From Gemmatimonadota bacterium (GTDB lineage: Bacteria > Gemmatimonadota > Gemmatimonadetes > Longimicrobiales > RSA9), in assembly GCA_040905425.1 (NCBI GenBank), contig JBBDRO010000105.1:1-30632 (forward strand): a stretch of DNA of 30,632 nucleotides. The letters are read 5' to 3'. The notes under the pieces were generated by a model that was not told where the DNA came from, made no database searches, and worked only from the letters and a program-made list of their open reading frames with translations. Shown here piece by piece: positions 19,974-29,028 of this stretch. Every line of letters starts with the position of its first letter. Position 1 is the stretch's first letter. The translations under genes were made by a program, and so were the position numbers.

Positions 19974-22730
19974 TCAGCGGCCCCGCACCACGAAAATCTT
20001 CTGCAGCACGCGCTCCCCCGGCAGGTCCAGGATCAGCAGGTAGACGCCCGTGGCCACCGGCCGCCCCGACCCGTCCCGAAGATCCCAGACGGCGCTGCCG
20101 GCGCCCTCCCCCGCGGCTTCCAGCGCGCGCACCAGCCGCCCTCCCACCGTATAGAGGGCCGCCCGCCGCGGTCGCTCGGCGAAGTTGATCACCAGGCGCT
20201 CTCCACGCACGGGATTCTCCGACAGGCTCCAGCGCGCGCCCTCCTCGAGCAGCGTGGCCACCGCGCTGCCGGTGGCGGTGTGCAGGTCGCCGCCGGCGAG
20301 CACCGCCCCGGAGAGCACGCCCTCCGCGCGGATGCCGCCCCGCAGGGCGGCCTCGATGCGGGTGCCGTTGGGCGCGCTCTCCGCCAGCTCCACCACCACC
20401 AGCAGAGCCAGCTCCATTCCCGCGGGCACCACCGGCCCCTGCAGGCGCACCGTGCCACCGCCAGCGGCTGGTAGCGGCGCGTGGCCCGCGACCAGCTCGG
20501 ACGGCCCCGCGGCGCCGTCCCCGTCCTCGTCCACCACCAGCAGCAGGCGGCCCGCGGCCGCACCGCTGGCCATGCGCACGGGCACCTCCGCCAGCTCCAC
20601 GGGCTCCACGGCCGAGGCGGCGGCCCCGAGGCGCAGCAGCACCGAGCGGGCGCCGGGCAGGGACGCGAAGCTGGCGGCCTCGGCCGCGCCACCCTCGAGC
20701 GCCACGGCCCCCGCCGGGTGGCCCAGCGTGCGCACCGCCGCGCGCACGTCCAGCTTGCCATGGCCCCAGTGAACGTTCGGGCGCCCCCCGGGCAGCGCGG
20801 AGTAGGTCCGCTCCGTGAAGGAGTCGCCGCGCGCTGTGCCGCCCAGCAGCGCCAGCAGTTCCTCCGGGGTCAGCTCCGGCCGCAGCTGCAGCAGGAGCGC
20901 GGCCGCCCCCGCGGCGTAGGGCGCGGCCATGCTCGTGCCCAGCAGCGCCGCATGCGCCCCGTCGGCCTCCAACAGGAAGGGCAGCCGCTCCCAGAGTGTG
21001 GCGTCCGCCCCCAGCGCGGACACCACCACCTTGCCGGGCGCCGCGAGTTCGGGCTTCAGCGCGCCGCCCCGCAGCGGCCCCGGGCTGCTGAAGTGCGCCA
21101 GGTCACCCAGTTCCTCCTGGAAGGGGTAGCTGCCCGGCGCCCCGCCCCCACTCCACCACGTGTGGCGATGGGTATAGGCGCCCACCGTGAGCAGACGCGC
21201 GGCCCCACCCGGCGCGCCCACCAGGTGGGTGTTCGTGGTGCCACCCTCCAGAGTGGTGAGCGCCGTGGCGCTGCCCAGGCTGCTGCCCACCAGCCAGAGG
21301 TGGTAGGGAGGCGCGGCGGAGGCGCCGTCCGCGGGCAGCACGCGCAGGCGCCAGCGGCCGGCGGCCGGCGGCGCGGCGGGATCCATGTCGAAGAGCGCCA
21401 CCAGCGCCACCCGGTCGCCGTTGATCTCCTGGCGGCCGCCGGAGGCGTTGTCCACGAAGATGCCGCCGTCGGGCGTGAGCGCGGCCGCACTGTCCCCCAT
21501 GGGCACGCGGAGCGTATGCCCGCCCGGCGAGACGACCTCCACCTCCACCGCGTCCTCCCCCGCGTACCAGAGTTCCAGCACGGCGCCGTCGTTGAAGCTG
21601 CCGTCCGCCGGCTGGTAGGATGGCACCACCACCGCGTGCTCGGCGGGCGCCGCGCCGGCCGCGTGCAGGCTCTGGCGCACGAAGGGCGGGTCCTCGTTGG
21701 CGTTGTTGCCCTGGTTGCCCGCCACCGTGACGATGAGCCGCCCGGGGCCGGCCAGCGCATCCAGCGCGCGTTCCAGCAGCGTGGTACCGTCGTGGGGCCC
21801 GCTCTGCGTGCCGATGGACAGGTTCACCACGAGGGGGCGGCCGAGTTCGTCGGCGCGCGCCATCATCCAGGCCACCCCGTCCAACAGCGCTGCCGCGTCC
21901 ACCCCCGTGTCCCCACCCCGCACCACCAGGAGGTCCGCGCGGGGGGCCATGCCCGGGAAGCGGTAGCGCGGCACGCCCCGCCCCGTGGCCGAGCCGTCGC
22001 CCACGGCGATCCCGGCCACGTGCGTACCGTGGCCCAGCCGGTCGCGCAGCGGGCACTGCCCGGCGTCGATGCGGGCGGCCGTGCACTCCACCCCGTAGTC
22101 GAAGGTGTGGGGGCCGGCCTGGATGGGCGGGCCGCCGCCCTCATGGTCCCAGGCGTACAGCACGCGGGTGGAGCCGTCGGGATGGCGGAAGTCGGCGTGC
22201 CCCAGGTCCAGTCCGCTGTCCAGGATGCCCACGAGCACCCCTGCCCCGGTGAGCGCGTGCCAGGCATTGCCCAGGCGCTGGCGGAGGCGCGCGGCGCCGG
22301 TCTCCGCCACGCCTTCCGCATGGTCCTCGAAGGGCGCCACGGGTCGAGCGAAGGCGGAGGAGACGCGGGCGTCCGGTTGCGGGAAGGGCAGCCACGCGGC
22401 GGCCTCCAGGTAGCGCAGCCGGGGATCGGCGGCCGCGGCGGGGAGCGCGGCGGCCGGCATGCGGACGGCCGCCACGTCACCCGCCACCGCCCCCACCCGG
22501 GCGCCGAGCGCGCGCAGCGCCGCCGTGCCGTCGGGGCCGAGGCGCACGAGCAGGCTCACCTGCCCGCCGCCACGGAGGGCGCTCAGCGCCGGTTCGGCAG
22601 GGGCGGCGGACGCGCGGCCCGCCACGAAGGCGGCCCAGTTCAGGTGCGGGTCCACCCGGGCCGGGTTCTGGGCGGCCGCTTCGCCTGCCAGGAGCAGGGC
22701 GGCCAGAAGGAGCCGGACGGATCGGGCCAT
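19974..22730 (-). CDS. Secreted S8 (subtilisin-like) serine protease with a C-terminal FlgD-Ig/T9SS-sorting-like domain
   Basis: Signal peptide; catalytic triad ILDSGLD, HGTHVAGIA, GTSMAAP; oxyanion AGN; tail ENPVR...YTVGGRLVR...WDLRDGSGRPVATGVYLL...QKIFVVR. Confidence 0.92.
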   Translation of the reverse strand: MARSVRLLLAALLLAGEAAAQNPARVDPHLNWAAFVAGRASAAPAEPALSALRGGGQVSLLVRLGPDGTAALRALGARVGAVAGDVAAVRMPAAALPAAAADPRLRYLEAAAWLPFPQPDARVSSAFARPVAPFEDHAEGVAETGAARLRQRLGNAWHALTGAGVLVGILDSGLDLGHADFRHPDGSTRVLYAWDHEGGGPPIQAGPHTFDYGVECTAARIDAGQCPLRDRLGHGTHVAGIAVGDGSATGRGVPRYRFPGMAPRADLLVVRGGDTGVDAAALLDGVAWMMARADELGRPLVVNLSIGTQSGPHDGTTLLERALDALAGPGRLIVTVAGNQGNNANEDPPFVRQSLHAAGAAPAEHAVVVPSYQPADGSFNDGAVLELWYAGEDAVEVEVVSPGGHTLRVPMGDSAAALTPDGGIFVDNASGGRQEINGDRVALVALFDMDPAAPPAAGRWRLRVLPADGASAAPPYHLWLVGSSLGSATALTTLEGGTTNTHLVGAPGGAARLLTVGAYTHRHTWWSGGGAPGSYPFQEELGDLAHFSSPGPLRGGALKPELAAPGKVVVSALGADATLWERLPFLLEADGAHAALLGTSMAAPYAAGAAALLLQLRPELTPEELLALLGGTARGDSFTERTYSALPGGRPNVHWGHGKLDVRAAVRTLGHPAGAVALEGGAAEAASFASLPGARSVLLRLGAAASAVEPVELAEVPVRMASGAAAGRLLLVVDEDGDGAAGPSELVAGHAPLPAAGGGTVRLQGPVVPAGMELALLVVVELAESAPNGTRIEAALRGGIRAEGVLSGAVLAGGDLHTATGSAVATLLEEGARWSLSENPVRGERLVINFAERPRRAALYTVGGRLVRALEAAGEGAGSAVWDLRDGSGRPVATGVYLLILDLPGERVLQKIFVVRGR

Positions 22731-22797
22731 GACGGAGGCCGGGGTGCTGCGTGGGTGGGGCGCCGGCGGCGTCAGCGCCGCCGGCCGCGGGAGAGGC

Positions 22798-23277
22798 TCA
22801 GCCCTCCCAGGGATCGAAGCCGAACGTCAGATAGTCCGCCGGCCGGCCTGCCATGTCCTTGGCGGCGGCGTCCAGCGCGTGCAGCGTCTCCTCCGCCTCG
22901 CCAGCGCCCTCGGCGGCGGCTCGGACGGCCAGCAGTACGGGGCGGATCTCGTCCGGCTTCAGCAGCACGTACGCACGCGGTGCGGGTTCCTCCCCGCGCC
23001 CCTGCACCACCAGCTCCACCAGGTCGGTCTCCTGGGAGATCTTCCACACGTCACCGGTCTTCTTGAGCAGCTTGTCCGCCGTCTTCACGTCGGTGTGCAG
23101 CGCGCGCACCATCTTCTGCACCTCGCGGTCACCGGTCTGTCCGCGCTGGCGCGCCAGGCGGCGTCCCAGCGTGGCGGCCTCCGCGTCCTCGCGACGGTTG
23201 GCGGTGGCGGCCAGCACCTCACCCACGTAGGCGTAGATACCAACGACAACGGGAACGGGGTCGAGCACGATCCGCAT
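22798..23277 (-). CDS. Hypothetical protein, 159 aa
   Basis: GAAGGAG SD before ATG 23277, GC3-rich codons, followed by hairpin CCGGCGGCG-TCAG-CGCCGCCGG. No recognised family. Confidence 0.75.
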   Translation of the reverse strand: MRIVLDPVPVVVGIYAYVGEVLAATANRREDAEAATLGRRLARQRGQTGDREVQKMVRALHTDVKTADKLLKKTGDVWKISQETDLVELVVQGRGEEPAPRAYVLLKPDEIRPVLLAVRAAAEGAGEAEETLHALDAAAKDMAGRPADYLTFGFDPWEG

Positions 23278-23411
23278 GGAAACTCCTTCGAAAAACGGGG
23301 CGCGCCAGCGCGCGGTGCACCTTGCGCGAACCGGGCCAGGCCGGGAACTTGCCGCGCGGTTCGGGCCGAACAATGTCGCCCCGACATGCGCGCGTCAAAC
23401 AGGAGAGCACC

Positions 23412-23834
23412 ATGAAGGGATTGCGCCCCCTGGCCACGGCGGTGGCCGTACTGGCGCTGGCCGGTTGCAAGGACTCGGGTCTGCCGGGCATGAACCTCCC
23501 CCTGCAGGTGGCCGAGCACAAGCCCACGCCCTACCCGCTGTACGCGTACCCGCAGGGACAGCTGCAGCTGGACGCGGCCGAGGTGGCGGGACGGGACTGG
23601 CTGCTGGTGCGCGTGGAGGAGCGGATTCCGGACGCCATGCTGGTGGCCGTGGGCGGCGTGAACGGCGCGCAGCACTACGTACTGGCATGGGACATGGAGC
23701 CCTACGACCGCGTCTACGAGCAGGTGGCGCCCGGCCGCTACACGCAGCGCGTCCAGATTCCCCGCATGGACCTGGCGGCGGCGGCCGCCCTGCGCGAGGC
23801 CGCGGCCGACGCCGAGCACGACACCGGTCATTAG
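23412..23834 (+). CDS. Small hypothetical lipoprotein, 140 aa
   Basis: AGGAG SD before ATG 23412, lipobox LAG-C (MKGLRPLATAVAVLALAGC), GC3-rich codons. Confidence 0.8.
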   Translation: MKGLRPLATAVAVLALAGCKDSGLPGMNLPLQVAEHKPTPYPLYAYPQGQLQLDAAEVAGRDWLLVRVEERIPDAMLVAVGGVNGAQHYVLAWDMEPYDRVYEQVAPGRYTQRVQIPRMDLAAAAALREAAADAEHDTGH

Positions 23835-23889
23835 CGCGGCCCGGGCGCACGGCCTCCCGCGGGCGCCGCATCCAGCCACGGAGCGCGCC

Positions 23890-25023
23890 ATGCGTTTTCA
23901 GGCGACGTCCCCTCAGAGCCCGCCGGCGCGCCGCCGGATCCTGGTCCTGCTTACCGCGCTGCCCCTGGCCGCCCTCGCGGGCTGTGCGGGAGACGCGGCC
24001 CCCGCAACGCCCCCACCGCTCCGCCAGAGCTGGACCGTCATGGGCACCACGCTGGAGATCTCCGCGTGGGACGCGGACACCGCCCGTGCCCGCGCCGGCA
24101 TGGCTGCCGCCCGCGCCGCCGTCTTCCGCGTGGACACGCTCATGTCCCTCTGGCTCCCCGCGAGTGACCTGTCCGCCGTGAACCGCCGCGCCGGCACGGA
24201 CACCCTCACCGTGGTGGACCCGGAGACGGCGGCCGTGCTGCAGGCGGCGCTAGAGTGGGCCGCCAGAAGCGACGGCGCCTTCGATCCCACCGTGGGGCCT
24301 CTCGTTGACGTGTGGGGCTTCTACACGGGCCAGGGCCGCCTCCCGCCCCCCTCCGTGCTGGATGCGGCGCGGGCACTCGTGGGGTGGGAGCAGGTGGCGT
24401 TCGACCCCGCCGACCACACCGTGCGCCTGCCGGCGGCCGGTATGCGGCTGGACCTGGGCGGCATCGCGAAGGGCTGGGCCGTGGACCGCTGCGCGGCCGT
24501 GCTGGAGGAGGCCGGCGTGCCCACGGCCATGGTGGACCTGGGCGGCAACGTGCGCGCCTACGGGGCGCCGCCCGCCCGCGACCACTGGCGCGTGGGTGTG
24601 CGCGACCCGCGCCGCACCAGCGAGCTGCTGGCGGTCCTGGAGGTGACGGGCGGCGCCGTGGCCACCTCCGGCGACTACGAGCGCTTCTTCGTGCACGAGG
24701 GCGTGCGCTACGCCCACATTCTGGATCCGCGCACGGGCACGCCGGCCCGCGGCACCGCGGGCACCACCGCCGTGGCCGCCACCGGCCTCGAGGCCGACGT
24801 CCTCTCCACGGTGCTCTTCCTGCTGGGTCCCGTGGCCGGCTGCCGCGTGCTGGCGGAAGTGGCCGGCGCGGGCGCCGTGTGGGTGGCGGATCCGGACCCC
24901 GCCGGCGCCACGGCCGACCCGCGCATCCTGCCGCGGCACGTGGTGGTGAGCCCGGGGCTGGCGGAGCGGCTCACCTGGATGGGTGGTGGGTCCGGCGGGG
25001 ATATGCGCCGCTGTCCGGACTGA
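23890..25023 (+). CDS. apbE: FAD:protein FMN transferase (ApbE family lipoprotein)
   Basis: Lipobox LAG-C, VMGTTL, GAFDPTVGPLVDVWGF, LDLGGIAKGWAVD, VATSGDYERF, HILDPRTG, ADVLST. Confidence 0.95.
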   Translation: MRFQATSPQSPPARRRILVLLTALPLAALAGCAGDAAPATPPPLRQSWTVMGTTLEISAWDADTARARAGMAAARAAVFRVDTLMSLWLPASDLSAVNRRAGTDTLTVVDPETAAVLQAALEWAARSDGAFDPTVGPLVDVWGFYTGQGRLPPPSVLDAARALVGWEQVAFDPADHTVRLPAAGMRLDLGGIAKGWAVDRCAAVLEEAGVPTAMVDLGGNVRAYGAPPARDHWRVGVRDPRRTSELLAVLEVTGGAVATSGDYERFFVHEGVRYAHILDPRTGTPARGTAGTTAVAATGLEADVLSTVLFLLGPVAGCRVLAEVAGAGAVWVADPDPAGATADPRILPRHVVVSPGLAERLTWMGGGSGGDMRRCPD

Positions 25024-25194
25024 GCGGGGGCGCGGCGCCCCTCCGGCGCGCGTGCCCATACGCGCGAAGGAGGTGACCGCGTCGTCACGGCCACCTCCCC
25101 CGCTTCGCGCCCCGCAGGGCGCGCCTCATCCGGGCCGCATCACCCGGAACCCCGCCGGCCAGCCCGCGGCCGGCGGTGCCTCAGGACCGACGTC

Positions 25195-28100
25195 TCAGCC
25201 GCACTCGCTGTAGCCGCACGCCAGGCACTTCACGCAGCCCTCCGTGAACTGCAAGCCGGAGGAGCACTCCGGGCACGTGCCGATGAACGTCTCGCCAGGG
25301 TCGTAGCCCAACTCCATGCCGGACTGCACCGGCGCCGCCTGCGCCCGGGGCGCGGTGGACTGCACCATGGGCAGCTCCTGCTGTACGCCCTGCTTCTCCA
25401 GTTCGTGCTTCATGAGCGCCTGGGCAATGGCGTCCGGCAGGGAAAGCACCTTGTTGGGCCCGATGCCCACCGCGCGGTCACAGGAGATGCCGCGCAGCTG
25501 CTGGGTGATGTCGGCCAGCGGGATGCCGCTGCGGAGCCCCAGCGAGATGAGACGGCCGATGGCCTCGGCATCGGCCATGGCGGCGCCGCCCGCCTTGCCC
25601 AGTGTGGCGAAGACCTCGAACTCGTGGCCGCCCTCATCCTCGTTCACCGTGACGTACAGGTCACCGAGCGGGCTGGCCACGCGCCGCGTGGTGCCGCGCA
25701 GCATGGCCGGCCGCTGCCGCTTGTGGCGGCGCCGCTGCAGGCTGGCCTCGGCCTCGGTCAGGCGCAGGCGGAGCTCCACCTTCTCCTGCTCCATGCGGTG
25801 CATGCCCTCGCGGGCGTCGGCCAGCTTGGCCTCCAGATCCGCCGCCCCCTTGGGCGCGCCGTCACTCACCTCCCTGGCCGTCTTCCCCGTGGACAGCACC
25901 TGCTGCGGCCGGCACCCGTCACGGTAGACGGTCACGCCCTTGCACCCCAGCTCGTGCGCCATGAGGTAGATCTCGCGCACCTGCTCCTCGTCCGCCTCAC
26001 GCGGGAAGTTGCACGTCTTGGAGATGGCGGAATCCACCGTCTCCTGGAAGGCCGCCTGGGTGCGGATGTGCCACTCGGGCGTCACGTCGTGCGCGGTGAC
26101 GAAGACGCGCTGCACCTCCCCCGGCACCTCGTCGAAGTGGATGTGGCCCTCCTCGGCCACCCGCTTCATGAGCTCCTCCGAGTACCAGCCCTGCTCCTCG
26201 GCCATGCGCACGAAGTCCCCGTTGACGTCCGGCATGAGGACGCCCGCCTGATTGCGCATGAAGGCCACGGCGAAGAGCGGCTCGATGCCCCCGGAGCAGC
26301 CCGCGAAGATGGAGATGGTGCCGGTGGGCGCCACCGTGGTGACGTTGCAGTTGCGCAGGCGCCGCTCCGGGCGGATGCGCTTCAGGTGGTCATCGCGGGC
26401 GCACACGGCATCCGGCCCCCAGATGCTCTCCTCCCACTCGGGGAAGACGCCCCGGGTCTCGGCCAGCCGCTCCGAGGCGCGCTTGGACTCCTCGTCCAGG
26501 AAGGCCATGATCTCCTGGCCCGCCGCCACCCCCTCGGCGCTGTTGTAGGGCAGCCCCACCCGCACCAGCAGGTCGGCGTAGCCCATGATGCCCAGGCCCA
26601 CGCGCCGGATGCGCTGCGCCAGGTCGTGGATCTCCGGCAGCGGGTACTGGTTGGCGTCGATCACGTTGTCCAGGAAGTGCGTGGCCAGATGCACCGCCTG
26701 GCGGAGCCCGTCCCAGTCCACCTTCTCCTGCCACGGCGCCTCGGTCGGCGCGTCCAGGAGCGCGAACGCGCCCACGTTGACGCTCCCCAGGTTGCACACG
26801 TCGTAGGGGAGGAGGGGCTGCTCGCCGCAGTTGTGCGCCATGATGCCGTTGGCGTCGAAGGCGTTCAGGCCGGGCACCTGCACGTCGTAGACGTCCTCCA
26901 CGCCGTCCTCCACCACGGCTTCCACGCTGGCCACGAAGCGCTCGCGGTTGACCGCGCGACGGAAGCCGCCGATGCGGCTCTCGAGCGCGGCCTGCTTGTC
27001 GGCGTCCCCGAAGCCCACCATATCGGCGAAGCGCACGAGGTTCTCACGGCTCACCACCAGCTCGTGCTGTGCACGCGTGGGGTAGGACGCCATGCCGCCA
27101 CGCCCGCCCGGCAGCACGGCGGAGCCGGCCGGACGGCGCTCGCGGTACAGCGTGGAGGCAATCCCCAGGCGCAGCAGCATGCGCTGCACCGCCTCCAGCC
27201 GGGTCGCGTCCGACTGCGCCAGGTGCACGCTCACGCCCCTGGTATGGCTGCCCTGGACCGAGCCGTCCGCATCGAAGAGCCCGCGCAGGAAGCCGCGGTG
27301 GAAGTCACTGGACGTACGCTCCATGGCCGGGGTGATGGCCTTGTCCGTTCCCATGCCGAAGCCCTGGCGCAGGTGGCTGAGGGCGGCCAGGCGCATGCGG
27401 TGCTCGCCCCGGCCGGCCACCGCCGACCAGCCCTGGAAGTCCGCCCGGTGCGGCAGCGTGCGGGCGGCGGCGAGCGCCTCCGTCATGATGGCCGCGATGC
27501 CGCGCGGCAGCCCCTCCGCGGGGCCGTTGGCCGCGGCGGCGCTCTCCCACACCGAGAGCACGTCCCGGTCGGCCTGGACGGTCCCATCACCCACGAGCAG
27601 GCCGAGCAGATAGCCCTCCTCCCGGGTGTGGGCGCCCTGCCATGCGGGGGCGGTGCGGTGGTCATTCAGCACCAGCAGATCGCCCGGCTGCAGCTCACCC
27701 GCCGCCCGCCACTCCTGCCCCAACCGGTAGCGCGTCTTCGAAGCGGCCACGCGCACCCGGTGGTCGCTCGTGAGGCACAGCGCATGCCCCTCGACCGTGC
27801 GGATGCGCACGACCGGCTTGGTGCCGGTGCGGAAGAAGCCGCGCTCCCCGCTCCGGTGGTCGGCGCCGTGGACCCGCGCCGTGAACGGCACGCCGATCAG
27901 TTCGTGCACCTGCCGGGGCCCGGCGGCGGTGTGCACCCACGTGTCGCCCGTGACGCAAGGATTCGTGGCCTCGTAGCTGCCCAGATGCGGCACCGGGTTG
28001 AAGTGGTTGGCGCGGTCGATGAAGAAGACGCCCGGCTCACCGCTGGCCCACGCGCCGTGGACCACCATGTCGAAGATCTCGCGCGCGTCCTCCTGCCCCA

Positions 28101-28842
28101 CCACCTCACCGGTGCGCGGGTTGATCAGCTCGTAGCGGTCCCCGGCCTTCACCGCCGCCATGAAGTCATCCGTGACCGCCACGGAGATGTTGAAGTTGGT
28201 GATCTGCGAGACATCCGTCTTGCACGTGATGAAGTCCCGGATGTCGGGATGATCCACGCGCAGGATGCCCATGTTGGCGCCGCGCCGCGTACCGCCCTGC
28301 TTGACCACCTCCGTGGAGGCGTCGTAGAGGCGCATGAAGGAGACGGGCCCGCTGGCCACGCCCATGGTGGAACGCACGAAATCACTGGAGGGGCGCAGGC
28401 GGCTGAAGGAGAAGCCCGTGCCGCCGCCGGACTGGTGCACCAGCGCCATGGAGCGGAGCGTGTCGTAGATGCCGTTCTGCCCGTTCGACAGTGCGTCCTC
28501 CACGGGCAGCACGAAGCACGCGGAGAGCTGGCCGAGCGGCCGCCCCGCGTTCATGAGCGTGGGTGAATTGGGCTCGAAGAGCCGGCCCGTCATGAGCCGG
28601 TAGAACTCCCGCGCGAGCGTCTCCACCGCGCCCTCGCTGGCGCCGTACTTGGCGTCCTCCTCGGCGATGAAGCGGGCCACCCGCCAGAACATGGTCTCCG
28701 GCTCCTCCACCGGCCGGCCCTGCTCGTCCTTCTTCAGGTAGCGTCTGCCCAGGACGATGCGGGCGTTCTCGGACAGGTCGGCGGCGGGGAGATCGTCGGG
28801 GACGACGTTCCAGGGCTCGGCGGGCTTCGTTTCGCGGCTCAT
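25195..28842 (-). CDS. nrdJ: Class II adenosylcobalamin-dependent ribonucleotide reductase with intein, TSCPD domain and C-terminal Zn ribbon
   Basis: GAGGAG SD before ATG 28842. PNSPTLMNAG, LSACFV, GGGTGFSFS, KQGGTRRGANM, EATNP/CGEQPL, CNLGS, VAPTGTIS, DSAISKT, GCKGVTVYRDG. Tail GDLYVTVN and CPEC...CVKCLACGYSECG. No ATP cone. Confidence 0.97.
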   Translation of the reverse strand: MSRETKPAEPWNVVPDDLPAADLSENARIVLGRRYLKKDEQGRPVEEPETMFWRVARFIAEEDAKYGASEGAVETLAREFYRLMTGRLFEPNSPTLMNAGRPLGQLSACFVLPVEDALSNGQNGIYDTLRSMALVHQSGGGTGFSFSRLRPSSDFVRSTMGVASGPVSFMRLYDASTEVVKQGGTRRGANMGILRVDHPDIRDFITCKTDVSQITNFNISVAVTDDFMAAVKAGDRYELINPRTGEVVGQEDAREIFDMVVHGAWASGEPGVFFIDRANHFNPVPHLGSYEATNPCVTGDTWVHTAAGPRQVHELIGVPFTARVHGADHRSGERGFFRTGTKPVVRIRTVEGHALCLTSDHRVRVAASKTRYRLGQEWRAAGELQPGDLLVLNDHRTAPAWQGAHTREEGYLLGLLVGDGTVQADRDVLSVWESAAAANGPAEGLPRGIAAIMTEALAAARTLPHRADFQGWSAVAGRGEHRMRLAALSHLRQGFGMGTDKAITPAMERTSSDFHRGFLRGLFDADGSVQGSHTRGVSVHLAQSDATRLEAVQRMLLRLGIASTLYRERRPAGSAVLPGGRGGMASYPTRAQHELVVSRENLVRFADMVGFGDADKQAALESRIGGFRRAVNRERFVASVEAVVEDGVEDVYDVQVPGLNAFDANGIMAHNCGEQPLLPYDVCNLGSVNVGAFALLDAPTEAPWQEKVDWDGLRQAVHLATHFLDNVIDANQYPLPEIHDLAQRIRRVGLGIMGYADLLVRVGLPYNSAEGVAAGQEIMAFLDEESKRASERLAETRGVFPEWEESIWGPDAVCARDDHLKRIRPERRLRNCNVTTVAPTGTISIFAGCSGGIEPLFAVAFMRNQAGVLMPDVNGDFVRMAEEQGWYSEELMKRVAEEGHIHFDEVPGEVQRVFVTAHDVTPEWHIRTQAAFQETVDSAISKTCNFPREADEEQVREIYLMAHELGCKGVTVYRDGCRPQQVLSTGKTAREVSDGAPKGAADLEAKLADAREGMHRMEQEKVELRLRLTEAEASLQRRRHKRQRPAMLRGTTRRVASPLGDLYVTVNEDEGGHEFEVFATLGKAGGAAMADAEAIGRLISLGLRSGIPLADITQQLRGISCDRAVGIGPNKVLSLPDAIAQALMKHELEKQGVQQELPMVQSTAPRAQAAPVQSGMELGYDPGETFIGTCPECSSGLQFTEGCVKCLACGYSECG
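26830..27957 (-). mobile_element. Intein (376 aa) with LAGLIDADG homing endonuclease inside nrdJ
   Basis: NP|CVTGDTWV (block A), LTSDHRV (block B TxxH), YLLGLLVGDG and FLRGLFDADG (blocks C/E), LLRLGI (H), VYDVQV...IMAHN|CGE (F/G). 1128 nt, in frame. Confidence 0.96.
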
Positions 28843-28968
28843 GGGCTCCTCGAGGGGCAGAATACGGGCAATGCGGTACGCTCGACGGGGGCAGACCGTC
28901 GGTTCCGAACGCAATGGTGGAAAAAGCGGCCCCACAGGCGGATTCGGCGGCTCGGGGAAGCCGTCGGC

Positions 28969-28984
28969 ACCCAATATGTTGGGG
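28969..28984. promoter_or_regulatory. NrdR box
   Basis: ACCCAATATGTTGGGG matches the NrdR palindrome acaCwAtATaTwGtgt and lies just downstream of the predicted nrdJ start site. Confidence 0.8.
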
Positions 28985-28991
28985 GGCGTCC

Positions 28992-29020
28992 ATGTTACAA
29001 CCCCAAGCCCTGGTGGTCAA
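28992..29020 (-). promoter_or_regulatory. sigma70 promoter of nrdJ
   Basis: TTGACC-17 bp-TAACAT (plus strand ggtcaa 29015-29020, atgtta 28992-28997). Confidence 0.75.
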
Positions 29021-29028
29021 GGGGCACG

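Noticed and set aside
20481..23066. 861-aa plus-strand ORF
   Set aside because: Antisense shadow of the S8 protease.
25405..28566. 1053-aa plus-strand ORF
   Set aside because: Codon-aligned antisense frame of nrdJ; no independent signature.
28843..28974. 44-aa N-terminal extension of NrdJ in the ORF track
   Set aside because: Its start lies inside the NrdR box; a good SD precedes ATG 28842.
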